From IMG/VR virus record IMGVR_UViG_3300030419_001484, positions 9,795-73,794 of that record: 64,000 bases of DNA. One strand, given 5' to 3'. Each line of letters begins with the position of its first letter. The first letter of the stretch is position 1. The notes below the pieces were generated by a model. That model saw nothing but the letters and a program-made list of their open reading frames with translations. It was not told the DNA's origin and ran no database searches. Shown in pieces: positions 26,853-36,088 of the stretch. A program made the translations under genes and the position numbers. This stretch comes from a virus.

Positions 26853-28133
26853 ATGGTTCAAGAGTATCCACCACCATCAACTGGATTTAGTAAAGTTACA
26901 CCTCAAATGTTGGGGAATATTCAACCCAAATTAAAAAGTGGTTATGTTGCTGGTGGTGATTTCTTTGGTGAAGAAACCTTAGGCCCACTAGGAACAAAAA
27001 ATGGTCAAACAAGTCCTGCTCCTCGTTCTGGAGGAACAATACTTGAATTTCCCATGAATGTTGCATCTGGTGATGCAGCTCTTGGTAATCATGGTCACTA
27101 TATTATGTTTTATATTAACGAACAGGATAAAGCACAATTATCCATGAGTGATAGGGCAACTGGTGGTAGTATCGCAGACAATCTTGCAGAACCATACAAT
27201 ATTCCATCTTTTGTACGAGAGTATGATGCTAAAAGTAAAAGTTATCAAAGTCAAAGAAACCCCAAACTAGACAAAAAAAATGTAAATGATAATATACCAG
27301 AGAATCAAACTATTGATGAGATGCGATTAGGTAGAGGAAGAACAGCACAACAAGACACTCAAGAAAAAACACTAAATGTTCAACAAAACCTTGTAGGTCA
27401 ACAAAAAGTTGCAAGTGGTTCTACAGTTAGAGTAAAAAGAAAACCCACTAAAAGACTTAAAACATCTATCGCAATGTATATGCCACAATCAGTACAAGTT
27501 ACATATGGTGCTCAATATCAAGACACACAGATTGGTGCAATATCAGAGGAAGCACTTAACGTATATAATAGTTTAGTCGAGGGTAGAGCTGGTGCAAGAG
27601 CAGAATTAAAACAAGCGGGTAAAAATGTTGCAGATAGTTTACAACAATTTCTTCTTACATCGGTTGGTGTGATACCAGGCCTAGGTGGTCTAAGAGAAAC
27701 TGCTGAAATGAAAACTGGTAATGTGATTGCAGATAGACTTGAACTTGCATTTAAGGGTATTAATAAAAGAAACTTTCAATATACATTTAAGATGACACCT
27801 AAAGATAGAAAAGAAGTTGAGATGATAAGAAAAATCATATTTGCATTCAAATCAAATATGATGCCAGAGTTTGTTGGTGGAAATAGAGGTGGTAGAAGAT
27901 TATTAGTTCCAAATACTTTTGATATTGCTTATATGTACACTGGAAATCAAAATTTGCATTTACATAATATATCAACTTGCGTGTTAGAGAATATGACTGT
28001 TTCATATGGTGGGGATAGATATAGGACATTTGAGGCAGATGCAGAGGGAGCGCAACCAGTGGAGACAACTATAACTCTTGCATTTAAAGAAATGGAACTT
28101 ATTACTAGAGAAAGAATTTTTGAGGGTTACTAA
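26853..28133 (+). CDS. gp48: Baseplate tail tube cap gp48
   Basis: IAMYMP, ELAFKG...RNFQYTFKMTPK, TCVLENMTVSY, LAFKEMEL. Confidence 0.85.
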   Translation: MVQEYPPPSTGFSKVTPQMLGNIQPKLKSGYVAGGDFFGEETLGPLGTKNGQTSPAPRSGGTILEFPMNVASGDAALGNHGHYIMFYINEQDKAQLSMSDRATGGSIADNLAEPYNIPSFVREYDAKSKSYQSQRNPKLDKKNVNDNIPENQTIDEMRLGRGRTAQQDTQEKTLNVQQNLVGQQKVASGSTVRVKRKPTKRLKTSIAMYMPQSVQVTYGAQYQDTQIGAISEEALNVYNSLVEGRAGARAELKQAGKNVADSLQQFLLTSVGVIPGLGGLRETAEMKTGNVIADRLELAFKGINKRNFQYTFKMTPKDRKEVEMIRKIIFAFKSNMMPEFVGGNRGGRRLLVPNTFDIAYMYTGNQNLHLHNISTCVLENMTVSYGGDRYRTFEADAEGAQPVETTITLAFKEMELITRERIFEGY

Positions 28134-28681
28134 TGTATTTTTCATCTTTTCCAAAAATAGTGTATGACTCAAAAGGTCAAGGTAATATAAAGGTTGTTAC
28201 TAATCTTTTGAAGAGGGTTGCAGTAAGATCTAAAGTAAAAGATAGTGCGATGTTATATGATACATATGATATTAAAAATGGTGACACTCCAGAAAGTCTT
28301 GCAGACCAATTGTATAATGACCCCCAACTTCATTGGGTAATATTATTAACAAATGATATTACAGATCGTTATCATGAGTGGCCAATGATGGAACAACAAT
28401 TTAATACTTTTGTAAATGAGAAATATTCTGACCCAGATGGTGTACATCATTATGAGATTGCACAAAGTTCTGGTGATACCTCAACAAAATTAGAAGTGTA
28501 TAATTCGTCTGCACTTTATAGTGGAGATACAGATTTTTACAGTTCTGCAACTACAGTCACTAATAGAGAATATGAGGAAAGTGAACAAGACAAGAAGAGA
28601 AAGATAAAGTTGCTTGATCCAAGTTTTGTTGGTCAATTTGTTCAAGAGTTTGATTTACTTATGAAAGAAAGTCCTTTATAA
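28133..28681 (+). CDS. gp53: Baseplate wedge protein gp53
   Basis: MYFSSFP, GDTPESLA...LHWVILLTN, WPM, HHYE. Confidence 0.9.
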   Translation: MYFSSFPKIVYDSKGQGNIKVVTNLLKRVAVRSKVKDSAMLYDTYDIKNGDTPESLADQLYNDPQLHWVILLTNDITDRYHEWPMMEQQFNTFVNEKYSDPDGVHHYEIAQSSGDTSTKLEVYNSSALYSGDTDFYSSATTVTNREYEESEQDKKRKIKLLDPSFVGQFVQEFDLLMKESPL

Positions 28682-30066
28682 TGCAGAATGAAGTTCAGTA
28701 CGCTGGTGATTTCGAAGTTGTTGAACTAAAAATGATTTTACCCACAGGTCAAATATTAAGTTTAGACGAAGATTTTGCTCTATCAGAGGTAAACATTTTT
28801 GAAGATTTATTTTCACACTCTGTTATGGGTAATGTTATAGTTGCAGACACCAGAGAACTGATAACAAAAGGTGCATTTATTGGTCAAGAAAAATTGACAC
28901 TTAAAATACAAACACCATCTCCAGATTTTAAAACAAAGTTCAGTGACGGAACAACAAAGTTGATAGACTTTACCGAAGCACCTTTAACAATATACAAGAT
29001 ACCCTTGAGGACAGGGATAAGTAGTGGTGCTCAATTGTATGAACTACAATTCATATCAAGTCACGCAATAGTAAATTCAACAAAAAGAGTATCTAAATCA
29101 TATGTTAAATCCAAATCTAATATTGGTGAGATGGTAAAAGATTTATTAATCACAGAATTAGGTATTCCATCTGATAGAGTAACAAAAAATGTTGAAGGGA
29201 CTTTAGGTCGTAGGTCACTATTAGTGCAGAACGCAAATCCACTTGCATTTATTTCAAGATTATCTAAAGAAGCTATATCACAAGAAAATCATTCCTCTGA
29301 GTATGTATTTTTTGCAAACAAAAATGGAGTGCATTTCAGAACTTTACAGAGTTTATTTGAAAGAGAACCTAGAGGTTTATTTCACGATGGTGATAAAGGT
29401 TTTGATGAAAAATATTCAAACGACGTAGACTCTGGTAAGATGACACAAAGTTATAGAAGAATATTAGATTTTGAATTATTACAAGGTCATGACTTATTGT
29501 TTAACACTTATAGTGGAATGATAGGTGGTAAAGTTGTAGAACATAATCTTTATCGTAAAAAGTTAGAAACAAAAACATTCAACTATTTTGACGATGAAAG
29601 TTATAAAAGTAATGAAAGAATAGATAAAGAAAGAATATATGTTCGTGATGCTCTTGAGGTATCTGACGATGATTTGACAAACACAAATATAAGTGTGATA
29701 TCAAACTCTAAGAATAAAGTAGAACAAGATATGTGGTTTGAACTTAAAAAAGATGCAAATCAGAGAAATAAAACCATACTTAGAAGACAATCTAAGTTTT
29801 CAGAAATACGAAAAGGTATAAGTATTAAGATGGAAGTCACAGGATACACCGCTCTAACTGTTGGAGATATGATATTTGTAAACCTACAAAGTATAGGTGG
29901 TGATGACAGTGATCCAGACAATAACAAATTTTATTCTGGTCTTTATCTCATACAAACACTCAGACATAAATTTTCATATCCAACCAAAACGCACACTATG
30001 GGAATGACTGTTGTTAAAGATGGTGTACCTTTCCCATTAGAACCAGATAAGACTGCGTTTATTTAG
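28681..30066 (+). CDS. Baseplate hub protein (gp27-like by synteny)
   Basis: IFEDLFS, YVFFAN, SGLYLIQTLRH; follows gp53. Confidence 0.6.
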   Translation: MQNEVQYAGDFEVVELKMILPTGQILSLDEDFALSEVNIFEDLFSHSVMGNVIVADTRELITKGAFIGQEKLTLKIQTPSPDFKTKFSDGTTKLIDFTEAPLTIYKIPLRTGISSGAQLYELQFISSHAIVNSTKRVSKSYVKSKSNIGEMVKDLLITELGIPSDRVTKNVEGTLGRRSLLVQNANPLAFISRLSKEAISQENHSSEYVFFANKNGVHFRTLQSLFEREPRGLFHDGDKGFDEKYSNDVDSGKMTQSYRRILDFELLQGHDLLFNTYSGMIGGKVVEHNLYRKKLETKTFNYFDDESYKSNERIDKERIYVRDALEVSDDDLTNTNISVISNSKNKVEQDMWFELKKDANQRNKTILRRQSKFSEIRKGISIKMEVTGYTALTVGDMIFVNLQSIGGDDSDPDNNKFYSGLYLIQTLRHKFSYPTKTHTMGMTVVKDGVPFPLEPDKTAFI

Positions 30067-30079
30067 AAAGGAGTAATAC

Positions 30080-30442
30080 ATGACAAACATTACCTCTTCA
30101 ACAAACTTGAACTTAACCGCTTCAGATAATGTTAATCTAAGTGGAGGAGCCACTTTTAGTGTGCAACATATTACTGGGCCAGGTGCAATTAATTTAACAG
30201 ACACAGTAACAATGATGACAACAACTGGTGCAAATGCTTATACATTAGCAGATGGTACAGCAGAAGGTCAACTTAAAATAATCATAATGAAGGTAGACGG
30301 CGGCAATGCTACTGTTACTCCAGATAACTATATAAACGGAACATCAATTTTATTCAATAATGTTAATGACACCATTGTATTGATGTGGCAATCCACTGGT
30401 TGGGTTCAATTAGCACGACAAAATGCAACTGTTCAAGGATAA
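30080..30442 (+). CDS. Hypothetical beta-rich, probably virion-associated protein
   Basis: AAGGAG RBS; TLADGT-EGQLKIII. Confidence 0.6.
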   Translation: MTNITSSTNLNLTASDNVNLSGGATFSVQHITGPGAINLTDTVTMMTTTGANAYTLADGTAEGQLKIIIMKVDGGNATVTPDNYINGTSILFNNVNDTIVLMWQSTGWVQLARQNATVQG

Positions 30443-30530
30443 TCACTTCAACAGGCAACAAAAATAAGTTAAAAGAAAGGAGATTCTATATCTTTGTAAT
30501 GAACAATTCATAATAAGGAGCAACAAATAC

Positions 30531-30710
30531 ATGACAAATAAATCCAGAATGAAACTAAAGAAGTTTAATTTTTTAAGTCAACATAGGAATACTACACCAG
30601 AGATTGCACCAACGAAACAGATTACTAAATATAGAATAAGAAGAAAAGAGCCACAGGATGAAAACATACTCACAATTATTAGAGGGAGTCAACGACCCCA
30701 ATATATTTAA
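30531..30710 (+). CDS. Small basic hypothetical protein (59 aa)
   Basis: AAGGAG RBS; overlaps next gene. Confidence 0.4.
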   Translation: MTNKSRMKLKKFNFLSQHRNTTPEIAPTKQITKYRIRRKEPQDENILTIIRGSQRPQYI

Positions 30711-31344
30711 AGCATTCTTCCTTGCGGGTGGGCCAGGCAGTGGTAAGTCCTACGTTGTTAGGAAAACCACTGGTGGTCTTGGAATGAGAATAGTGAACTC
30801 AGATGATGCGTTTGAGAAAAAACTAAAAGATGCTGGACACTCTCTCGATATCAGAGCGATGGATAATATAGAGAGAGATAGAATTAGAGATGTCGCAAAA
30901 CGAATTACAAAGAAGAGACAAGCAAACTACATTGAAGGTAGACTTGGACTTATCATTGATGGTACAGGTAAAGATTTTGAAAAGATAACAAGACAGGCAA
31001 GAAACCTAGAAGCATTAGGTTACGATACACACATGATATTTGTGAACACATCACTTGATGTCGCATTACAGAGAAACGCAGAGAGAGCTAGAAAACTTGC
31101 AGAACCTATTGTTGTTCAGTCTTGGAATGATGTTCAGAAAAACATAGGTAAGTTCAATAATTACTTCAAAGGCAATTTCATAATCATTGATAACAATGAT
31201 GCAAAAGAAGATGTGTTTACACAAGTATTCAAAAGAGTCAAATCACTTGCGAACAGAAAGATACAAAACAAGAGAGCGCAACAGTGGATTGACAACGAAC
31301 TCAAAATGAGAAACATCACCAAGTTCAAAAGAAGAGTTGTTTAA
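30658..31344 (+). CDS. P-loop kinase (AAA_33/zeta-like)
   Basis: AGGPGSGKS, VNSD, IIDGTG, RNAERAR. Confidence 0.75.
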   Translation: MKTYSQLLEGVNDPNIFKAFFLAGGPGSGKSYVVRKTTGGLGMRIVNSDDAFEKKLKDAGHSLDIRAMDNIERDRIRDVAKRITKKRQANYIEGRLGLIIDGTGKDFEKITRQARNLEALGYDTHMIFVNTSLDVALQRNAERARKLAEPIVVQSWNDVQKNIGKFNNYFKGNFIIIDNNDAKEDVFTQVFKRVKSLANRKIQNKRAQQWIDNELKMRNITKFKRRVV

Positions 31345-31443
31345 TCTGCATATACACTATGCATTTAGTTTAGAGGTAAACTACTATAAATAGTTCTGTG
31401 TCCATTCAAGGACATATCATTTCAGAAAATAAGAGGTAAAAGA

Positions 31444-31716
31444 ATGTCAGTTGCAAGTACTGTGTATGATAGCACCTGTGTGGTGTGTGATTATGTTAAC
31501 AATGTAGTAAGAAGAATGTGGTTAGGAATGCAGAGATCCAGACAATTATCTGCAAACTACAAGATATATGAGGAAATAAAAAGATTTGATGAAGATGCTG
31601 GTTACCATCTCGCAAATATGAACGACAATACGAACAAACATTATGAAATAGAGATGTCCAAGACAAAACGAATCACTTGGGCGTGGGATATGAAAAACGA
31701 CATAGACAACGAATAG
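31444..31716 (+). CDS. Hypothetical late protein
   Basis: TATAAATA at 31385, GAGG RBS. Confidence 0.6.
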   Translation: MSVASTVYDSTCVVCDYVNNVVRRMWLGMQRSRQLSANYKIYEEIKRFDEDAGYHLANMNDNTNKHYEIEMSKTKRITWAWDMKNDIDNE

Positions 31717-31754
31717 AATATCTACGAATTTCACCAATAAAAACAATGACTTAG

Positions 31755-31792
31755 AAAAAGGGGTTGACAAGCCCCTTTTTTTGTTGTATATT
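31755..31792 (+). promoter_or_regulatory. Terminator hairpin with the -35 of an early promoter in its loop
   Basis: AAAAGGGG-TTGACAAG-CCCCTTTT; TTGACA-N17-TATATT. Confidence 0.75.
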
Positions 31793-31824
31793 AATAGTAT
31801 AGTTAATAAGAGAGAGAAAAAAAT

Positions 31825-32106
31825 ATGACAAACGAAACAGTTTTTATTGAAGCAGAAAATGGTGGTATTGGTGTTTACATCGGTGCTGGTAACAAAGTTG
31901 GTTGGGCAAAGACCGCCAAGACGTTAAAGTACATACTAGACACTAAGAACATTAATGTGTTTGAAGATAGATTGTTTTTCACAAGTTCTATGGATTTTGC
32001 AGATGAGTATGGGTTTGAAACTCATGATGGTGGAAAAGAGATTTTCTACTCTGCACAGAATATGATACAAGATGAGATAATTGCAAACGGACAATTCGAT
32101 GGATAA
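31825..32106 (+). CDS. Hypothetical early protein
   Basis: AGAGAGA RBS. Confidence 0.7.
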   Translation: MTNETVFIEAENGGIGVYIGAGNKVGWAKTAKTLKYILDTKNINVFEDRLFFTSSMDFADEYGFETHDGGKEIFYSAQNMIQDEIIANGQFDG

Positions 32107-32114
32107 AAAAACAC

Positions 32115-32160
32115 TTGACATTATTTGTCATTGTGATATTATAATAGTGTAAGTGATTCG
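32115..32160 (+). promoter_or_regulatory. Early promoter cassette, near-copy of 3633-3678
   Basis: TTGACA-N5-TGTCA...TATAATAGTGTAAGTGATTCG. Confidence 0.75.
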
Positions 32161-32185
32161 TTTTTAATAAAAAAGAGAGGTTATT

Positions 32186-32353
32186 ATGAAAAGAAGTAAA
32201 ATACAAGAATTACAAGCTTTAGTTGAAGATATGTATTGGGAATACGATAGAGTATCTTCTAGTGGTCAAAAGACCTTAGATAAAATTGCAAAATTAGTTG
32301 GTGTTGCAACTGAGGCTGAGATGAACGAAGTAATTGAAGGAAGTGGATCATAA
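32186..32353 (+). CDS. Hypothetical early protein (55 aa)
   Basis: GAGAGG RBS; MKRSKIQEL...YWEYDRVSSSG. Confidence 0.65.
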   Translation: MKRSKIQELQALVEDMYWEYDRVSSSGQKTLDKIAKLVGVATEAEMNEVIEGSGS

Positions 32354-32517
32354 TGGATTTAGAAACACTACAAGAAATAAAGTGGAGATTAGAAAGTGCA
32401 TCTAGGTTGTACCTAGAAGGTAACCACTCAGCATCGTCTTGGGCTGTACATGAGGTTATGGGTATATTGAAAGTAGTAGAAGAAAAACTACTTGACTCTG
32501 AAAACGAATCATGTTAG
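32353..32517 (+). CDS. Hypothetical protein (54 aa)
   Basis: TAATG coupling. Confidence 0.5.
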   Translation: MDLETLQEIKWRLESASRLYLEGNHSASSWAVHEVMGILKVVEEKLLDSENESC

Positions 32518-32520
32518 TAT
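32492..32520 (+). promoter_or_regulatory. Sigma70-type promoter with CGAATCA box
   Basis: TTGACT-N7-CGAATCA-N3-TAGTAT. Confidence 0.75.
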
Positions 32521-32546
32521 GTAAGTGAAGTTAAAAGAGAGAGAAT

Positions 32547-32732
32547 ATGAAAACATTAGATACAAATTTGAAAAAAGTAAAAGACTTGTACATGACATAC
32601 AGTGCAATTCTTGCTGGTAATTGGATTGGTGATTTAGATGCAATCGAAGATCAGATTGCTGATTTATGTGAAAAATCAAATATAGATTTGTTAGAAGTCA
32701 TTGCAAAAATTGACAATGAAAATTTAAATTAG
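32547..32732 (+). CDS. Hypothetical early protein
   Basis: AGAGAGAG RBS. Confidence 0.6.
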   Translation: MKTLDTNLKKVKDLYMTYSAILAGNWIGDLDAIEDQIADLCEKSNIDLLEVIAKIDNENLN

Positions 32733-32746
32733 AGAGAAGGTATATT

Positions 32747-33001
32747 ATGAATAAATTATCAAAAATAAATGATCAACTTATGGGCCTATCGGTTTCGGAG
32801 TTAGGTCAAGTTTCGAGGATGATTGATAGTATCAAGACTTTGAAAAGTAAATCAAGTCTATTCGTTGGACAGAACGTGTTTGTTGTTCAGAAAACAAAGA
32901 AAACGCCTGGAGTGGTTGAGAAAATCAATCAGACTAGAGCACTTGTTAAAATGCGAGGTACATTGTTTAATGTTCCTTTCACAATGTTGGAGGCTGCGTA
33001 A
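32747..33001 (+). CDS. Hypothetical protein, SH3-like C-terminus, ends EAA
   Basis: RBS; VGQNVFVV...GVVEKIN. Confidence 0.65.
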   Translation: MNKLSKINDQLMGLSVSELGQVSRMIDSIKTLKSKSSLFVGQNVFVVQKTKKTPGVVEKINQTRALVKMRGTLFNVPFTMLEAA

Positions 33002-33126
33002 TGAAAATGTCAGAAGCAATTGCAATTATTTTAGAAAACCCCTTGACATCTTTGATGGAATTTGTTACACTATCCATGATGTTCACTTGTTTTTATTTTG
33101 CGTTAATTATATTTTAGGAGAGAGAA

Positions 33127-33438
33127 ATGAATAAGAAGTTATTAGATAATTATGATAAGATGGTAGTAAAGGACACTGTTGCAGTGATACATTGTGCGTT
33201 TGGTGATACACCACATACAGTTGCAATGGTATCAGTAGATAAAGGATTATTAGATACAGAGAAATGTGATAAAGCGTTCATGTTGACAAATTCAATAGAC
33301 AATGCATGGTGGAAGAACAAAGAAGTTACACCCATGTTTCCTAACGATGGTTGTCGATCAACGAGTGTAGGTGACCAAGTATTAGTTGGTAATACAAAGT
33401 ATGAGTGTTCACCTTATGGTTGGGAAATAGTTACTTAA
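33127..33438 (+). CDS. Hypothetical protein
   Basis: AGGAG RBS; RSTSVGD motif. Confidence 0.65.
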   Translation: MNKKLLDNYDKMVVKDTVAVIHCAFGDTPHTVAMVSVDKGLLDTEKCDKAFMLTNSIDNAWWKNKEVTPMFPNDGCRSTSVGDQVLVGNTKYECSPYGWEIVT

Positions 33439-33448
33439 TGGAGATGAT

Positions 33449-33649
33449 ATGATTACAGAATATATTGCAAAACCAAACCTAAATAATAACATAGGATTAA
33501 AGACTTTCACGTTAGAGTCTGATGCGATTAAGTATCTTGAAGAATATACGGGCTACGAGATGTCGTTTGAAAAGAACAAGAAGACGGGCGAAAAGTATTC
33601 TGATTGGTATCTTATTGATAAGTTGATTAAGGTGGATAAGACAGCATGA
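33449..33649 (+). CDS. Hypothetical protein
   Basis: GGAG RBS. Confidence 0.55.
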   Translation: MITEYIAKPNLNNNIGLKTFTLESDAIKYLEEYTGYEMSFEKNKKTGEKYSDWYLIDKLIKVDKTA

Positions 33650-33837
33650 AATCATGGGTGTTAATAACAACCATTTTATTTACGACTCCAGAGAAAGACT
33701 TTTCTGGTGTTGTTGTATATGAGTTTAAAAATCGTATAGAGTGTGATGTAAGGTTACAGAAAACACAAAATATGGAAATGAAGATTAATGATTTTATGAG
33801 TATGAAAGTAGATAATAGATGTGAGGAGAAAAAATGA
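33646..33837 (+). CDS. Small exported two-Cys protein
   Basis: Hydrophobic N-terminus, FKNRIEC...NRC. Confidence 0.55.
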   Translation: MKSWVLITTILFTTPEKDFSGVVVYEFKNRIECDVRLQKTQNMEMKINDFMSMKVDNRCEEKK

Positions 33838-34049
33838 AAGTATTAAGATTTTTGAGATGGGGATTTAAAGACATGGATACTTATACCATGAGAACACTAA
33901 CTTTTGGTATGGTGGGTCTAGGTGGTTTACTCGTACATAGTCCTTATTGGATGTTAGGTGGTTTATTTTGTATGTGGTTAGATTTTATGTATCAGATTTT
34001 TAAAGATAGATGGGAAGAATTTACAAGGGTAGAAAATGAAAAAAGTTAG
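33834..34049 (+). CDS. Hypothetical membrane protein
   Basis: GAGGAG RBS; hydrophobic core. Confidence 0.55.
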   Translation: MKVLRFLRWGFKDMDTYTMRTLTFGMVGLGGLLVHSPYWMLGGLFCMWLDFMYQIFKDRWEEFTRVENEKS

Positions 34050-34151
34050 AGATATTTTAGACAAATATGGTGAGGGTACTAAGTGGGACTTAGACTATGG
34101 TAAATTAGTTATACTTGGTCTTTGTATTTACATTGCAATAAAGGTATCTTA

Positions 34152-34370
34152 ATGTTCACGATATACACAAAACCAGATTGTAATTTTTGTGTTAAAGCAA
34201 AAGATTTACTCAACTTGAGAGGAGAACCTTTCATGGAAGTTGATATATCTAAGGATACTAGAGCAAAAGACAAACTAAAGAGTCAAGGGTTCAAAACTGT
34301 TCCCCAGATTTTTTATCCAGATGGTAAACACTTTGGTGACTATCTGAAACTGGAGAGCAATTATGTATGA
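34152..34370 (+). CDS. Glutaredoxin
   Basis: IYTKPDCNFC...KTVPQIF. Confidence 0.88.
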   Translation: MFTIYTKPDCNFCVKAKDLLNLRGEPFMEVDISKDTRAKDKLKSQGFKTVPQIFYPDGKHFGDYLKLESNYV

Positions 34371-34758
34371 GTATAAGTGTAAGGTAGTTCACATAGTAGA
34401 TGGTGATACTGTTGACGTAGATATAGATTTAGGGTTTGGAGTGTGGATGCGTAAACAAAGAGTAAGACTCTATGGTATAGATACACCAGAATCAAGAACA
34501 AGTGATGCAGACGAAAAGGTATATGGTCTGGCCGCAAAGGAGTTCTTGACAAAGTGGTTGACCTCTGGTGGAGTATCAATAAGAACACACAAAGATGCGA
34601 AAGGTAAGTTTGGTCGTATACTTGGTGAGATGTGGTGTTTTGACACTAATGTAAATGAGAAGATGATTGAAGAACATCATGCAGTAAGATATCATGGACA
34701 ATCTAAAGATGATATCGCAGAAGAACATTTGAAAAATAGGGAATTAGTTAAAATATGA
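34363..34758 (+). CDS. Thermonuclease (SNase-like)
   Basis: VDGDTVD, RVRLYGIDTPE, GKFGRIL. Confidence 0.88.
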   Translation: MYEYKCKVVHIVDGDTVDVDIDLGFGVWMRKQRVRLYGIDTPESRTSDADEKVYGLAAKEFLTKWLTSGGVSIRTHKDAKGKFGRILGEMWCFDTNVNEKMIEEHHAVRYHGQSKDDIAEEHLKNRELVKI

Positions 34759-35516
34759 CAGAACAAATTATGACACACCCAACATCATTTGAAGTTACAA
34801 AATGGTTTGGGCCACAAACTGCGACAGTGATGTTACCAGATGATGCTTTAAGTACATTAGTTAACATGACAGATGATATCATTAATGATAAAAAATCTAA
34901 AACACATGGTCAAAGTCTTGCTGGAGTGATTGACACTGAATTAAGAATTTACAAATCTGACATGGACAAATGTGGATTTGATCAACTATTTGAATCATGT
35001 GTCAAAAGTTATGTGGTACACTGTGCAAAAACTCATGGATTTTTTAAACCAGATTACAATTTTGAAACGTCAGTAAACTCTGCATGGGTGGTATCACAAT
35101 ACCAAAATGAATATAATCCATTACACAATCACACTGGTTGTGAGTTAAGTGGAGTGATATATTTAAAAACACCAAGTGTAAAAGGTCGTAGAAATCTTGA
35201 GTCTAAAAAGGGTAAAATAGAGGGTGATGGTGATATAAACTTTGTTTACAATGCAGCCTCTCAGAGAAACCAAGACATATTCGAAAAAGGTCTTGTGCAG
35301 ATAACACCCACGCCTGGTTTGATGTTGATGTTTCCGTCATATCTTTTACATACTGTGTATCCATTTGTCGGTGAGGGTGAAAGAAGATGTATTGCATTTA
35401 ATGGAACTTATAGAATAACAGAAACACTTGATGGTGGTTCTGTTAACTTAATCGCTGGTAATATGCAAGGTGTAAAAAATAAACATTTCTATTTGGAGGA
35501 AAAACCAAGTGAGTAG
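34755..35516 (+). CDS. 2OG-Fe(II) oxygenase-like protein (HxH)
   Basis: YNPLHNH...SGVIYL...FPSYLLHTV...RRCIAFN. Confidence 0.82.
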   Translation: MTEQIMTHPTSFEVTKWFGPQTATVMLPDDALSTLVNMTDDIINDKKSKTHGQSLAGVIDTELRIYKSDMDKCGFDQLFESCVKSYVVHCAKTHGFFKPDYNFETSVNSAWVVSQYQNEYNPLHNHTGCELSGVIYLKTPSVKGRRNLESKKGKIEGDGDINFVYNAASQRNQDIFEKGLVQITPTPGLMLMFPSYLLHTVYPFVGEGERRCIAFNGTYRITETLDGGSVNLIAGNMQGVKNKHFYLEEKPSE

Positions 35517-35703
35517 AAGTCAACAAATGAATCATATAAGACATTTAGAGTTTGAGATTAAAGAATTAGAGGGTAGATTGCAACCACATGACACTGGACA
35601 TATCCACACTACAATATCTGTGTTGACAGAAAGACTAGAAGAAATACAAAAAGAATTAGATGAACACAAAGTAGAAGAACCAATAGAAGCTCATGATGGT
35701 TAG
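35509..35703 (+). CDS. Hypothetical protein
   Basis: GGAGG RBS; QPHDTGHIHTTI. Confidence 0.55.
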   Translation: MSRSQQMNHIRHLEFEIKELEGRLQPHDTGHIHTTISVLTERLEEIQKELDEHKVEEPIEAHDG

Positions 35704-35817
35704 ACTATATGTGAAATAGGAGAGTAAAATGATGACATATATTGCACTAGGAGTAGTACTCATAGTATGTTTAGGTTTAGTAGTTTGGTATATTAATAGT
35801 ATCACGAAGAAAATACC

Positions 35818-35997
35818 ATGATCTATGGATTTATTTTAGTCGTTGTATGGATATTACCTAGTGGTGTTGTGACAGGTGATGCGTTGAATTGGTATGATAA
35901 CCCAACCTCTTGTTGGGAAGATGCTATTCGTATGAAAGAGGATAGTGAATTGGGATTTAGTTATGTTTGTGTAGAGGATACAGGAGCATCATCATGA
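35818..35997 (+). CDS. Small exported two-Cys protein (59 aa, not in ORF track)
   Basis: MIYGFILVVVWI...YDNPTSC...YVC. Confidence 0.5.
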   Translation: MIYGFILVVVWILPSGVVTGDALNWYDNPTSCWEDAIRMKEDSELGFSYVCVEDTGASS

Positions 35998-36088
35998 AAA
36001 TAACTGAGGGAACTGCACTTGGAATCATGGTAGTAATCATGGTCACTGGAACACTTGCACTTAATATACTCGTACAAGGATTTATTGG

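Noticed and set aside
30658-31344. Zeta-toxin-like kinase as a toxin-antitoxin module
   Set aside because: Only a generic P-loop kinase signature and no recognisable antitoxin; lies in the late structural region.
31791-31806. TTAA...TTAA resembling a CtrA box (also near 3385)
   Set aside because: Spacing is N8, not the TTAA-N7-TTAA consensus, in very AT-rich DNA.
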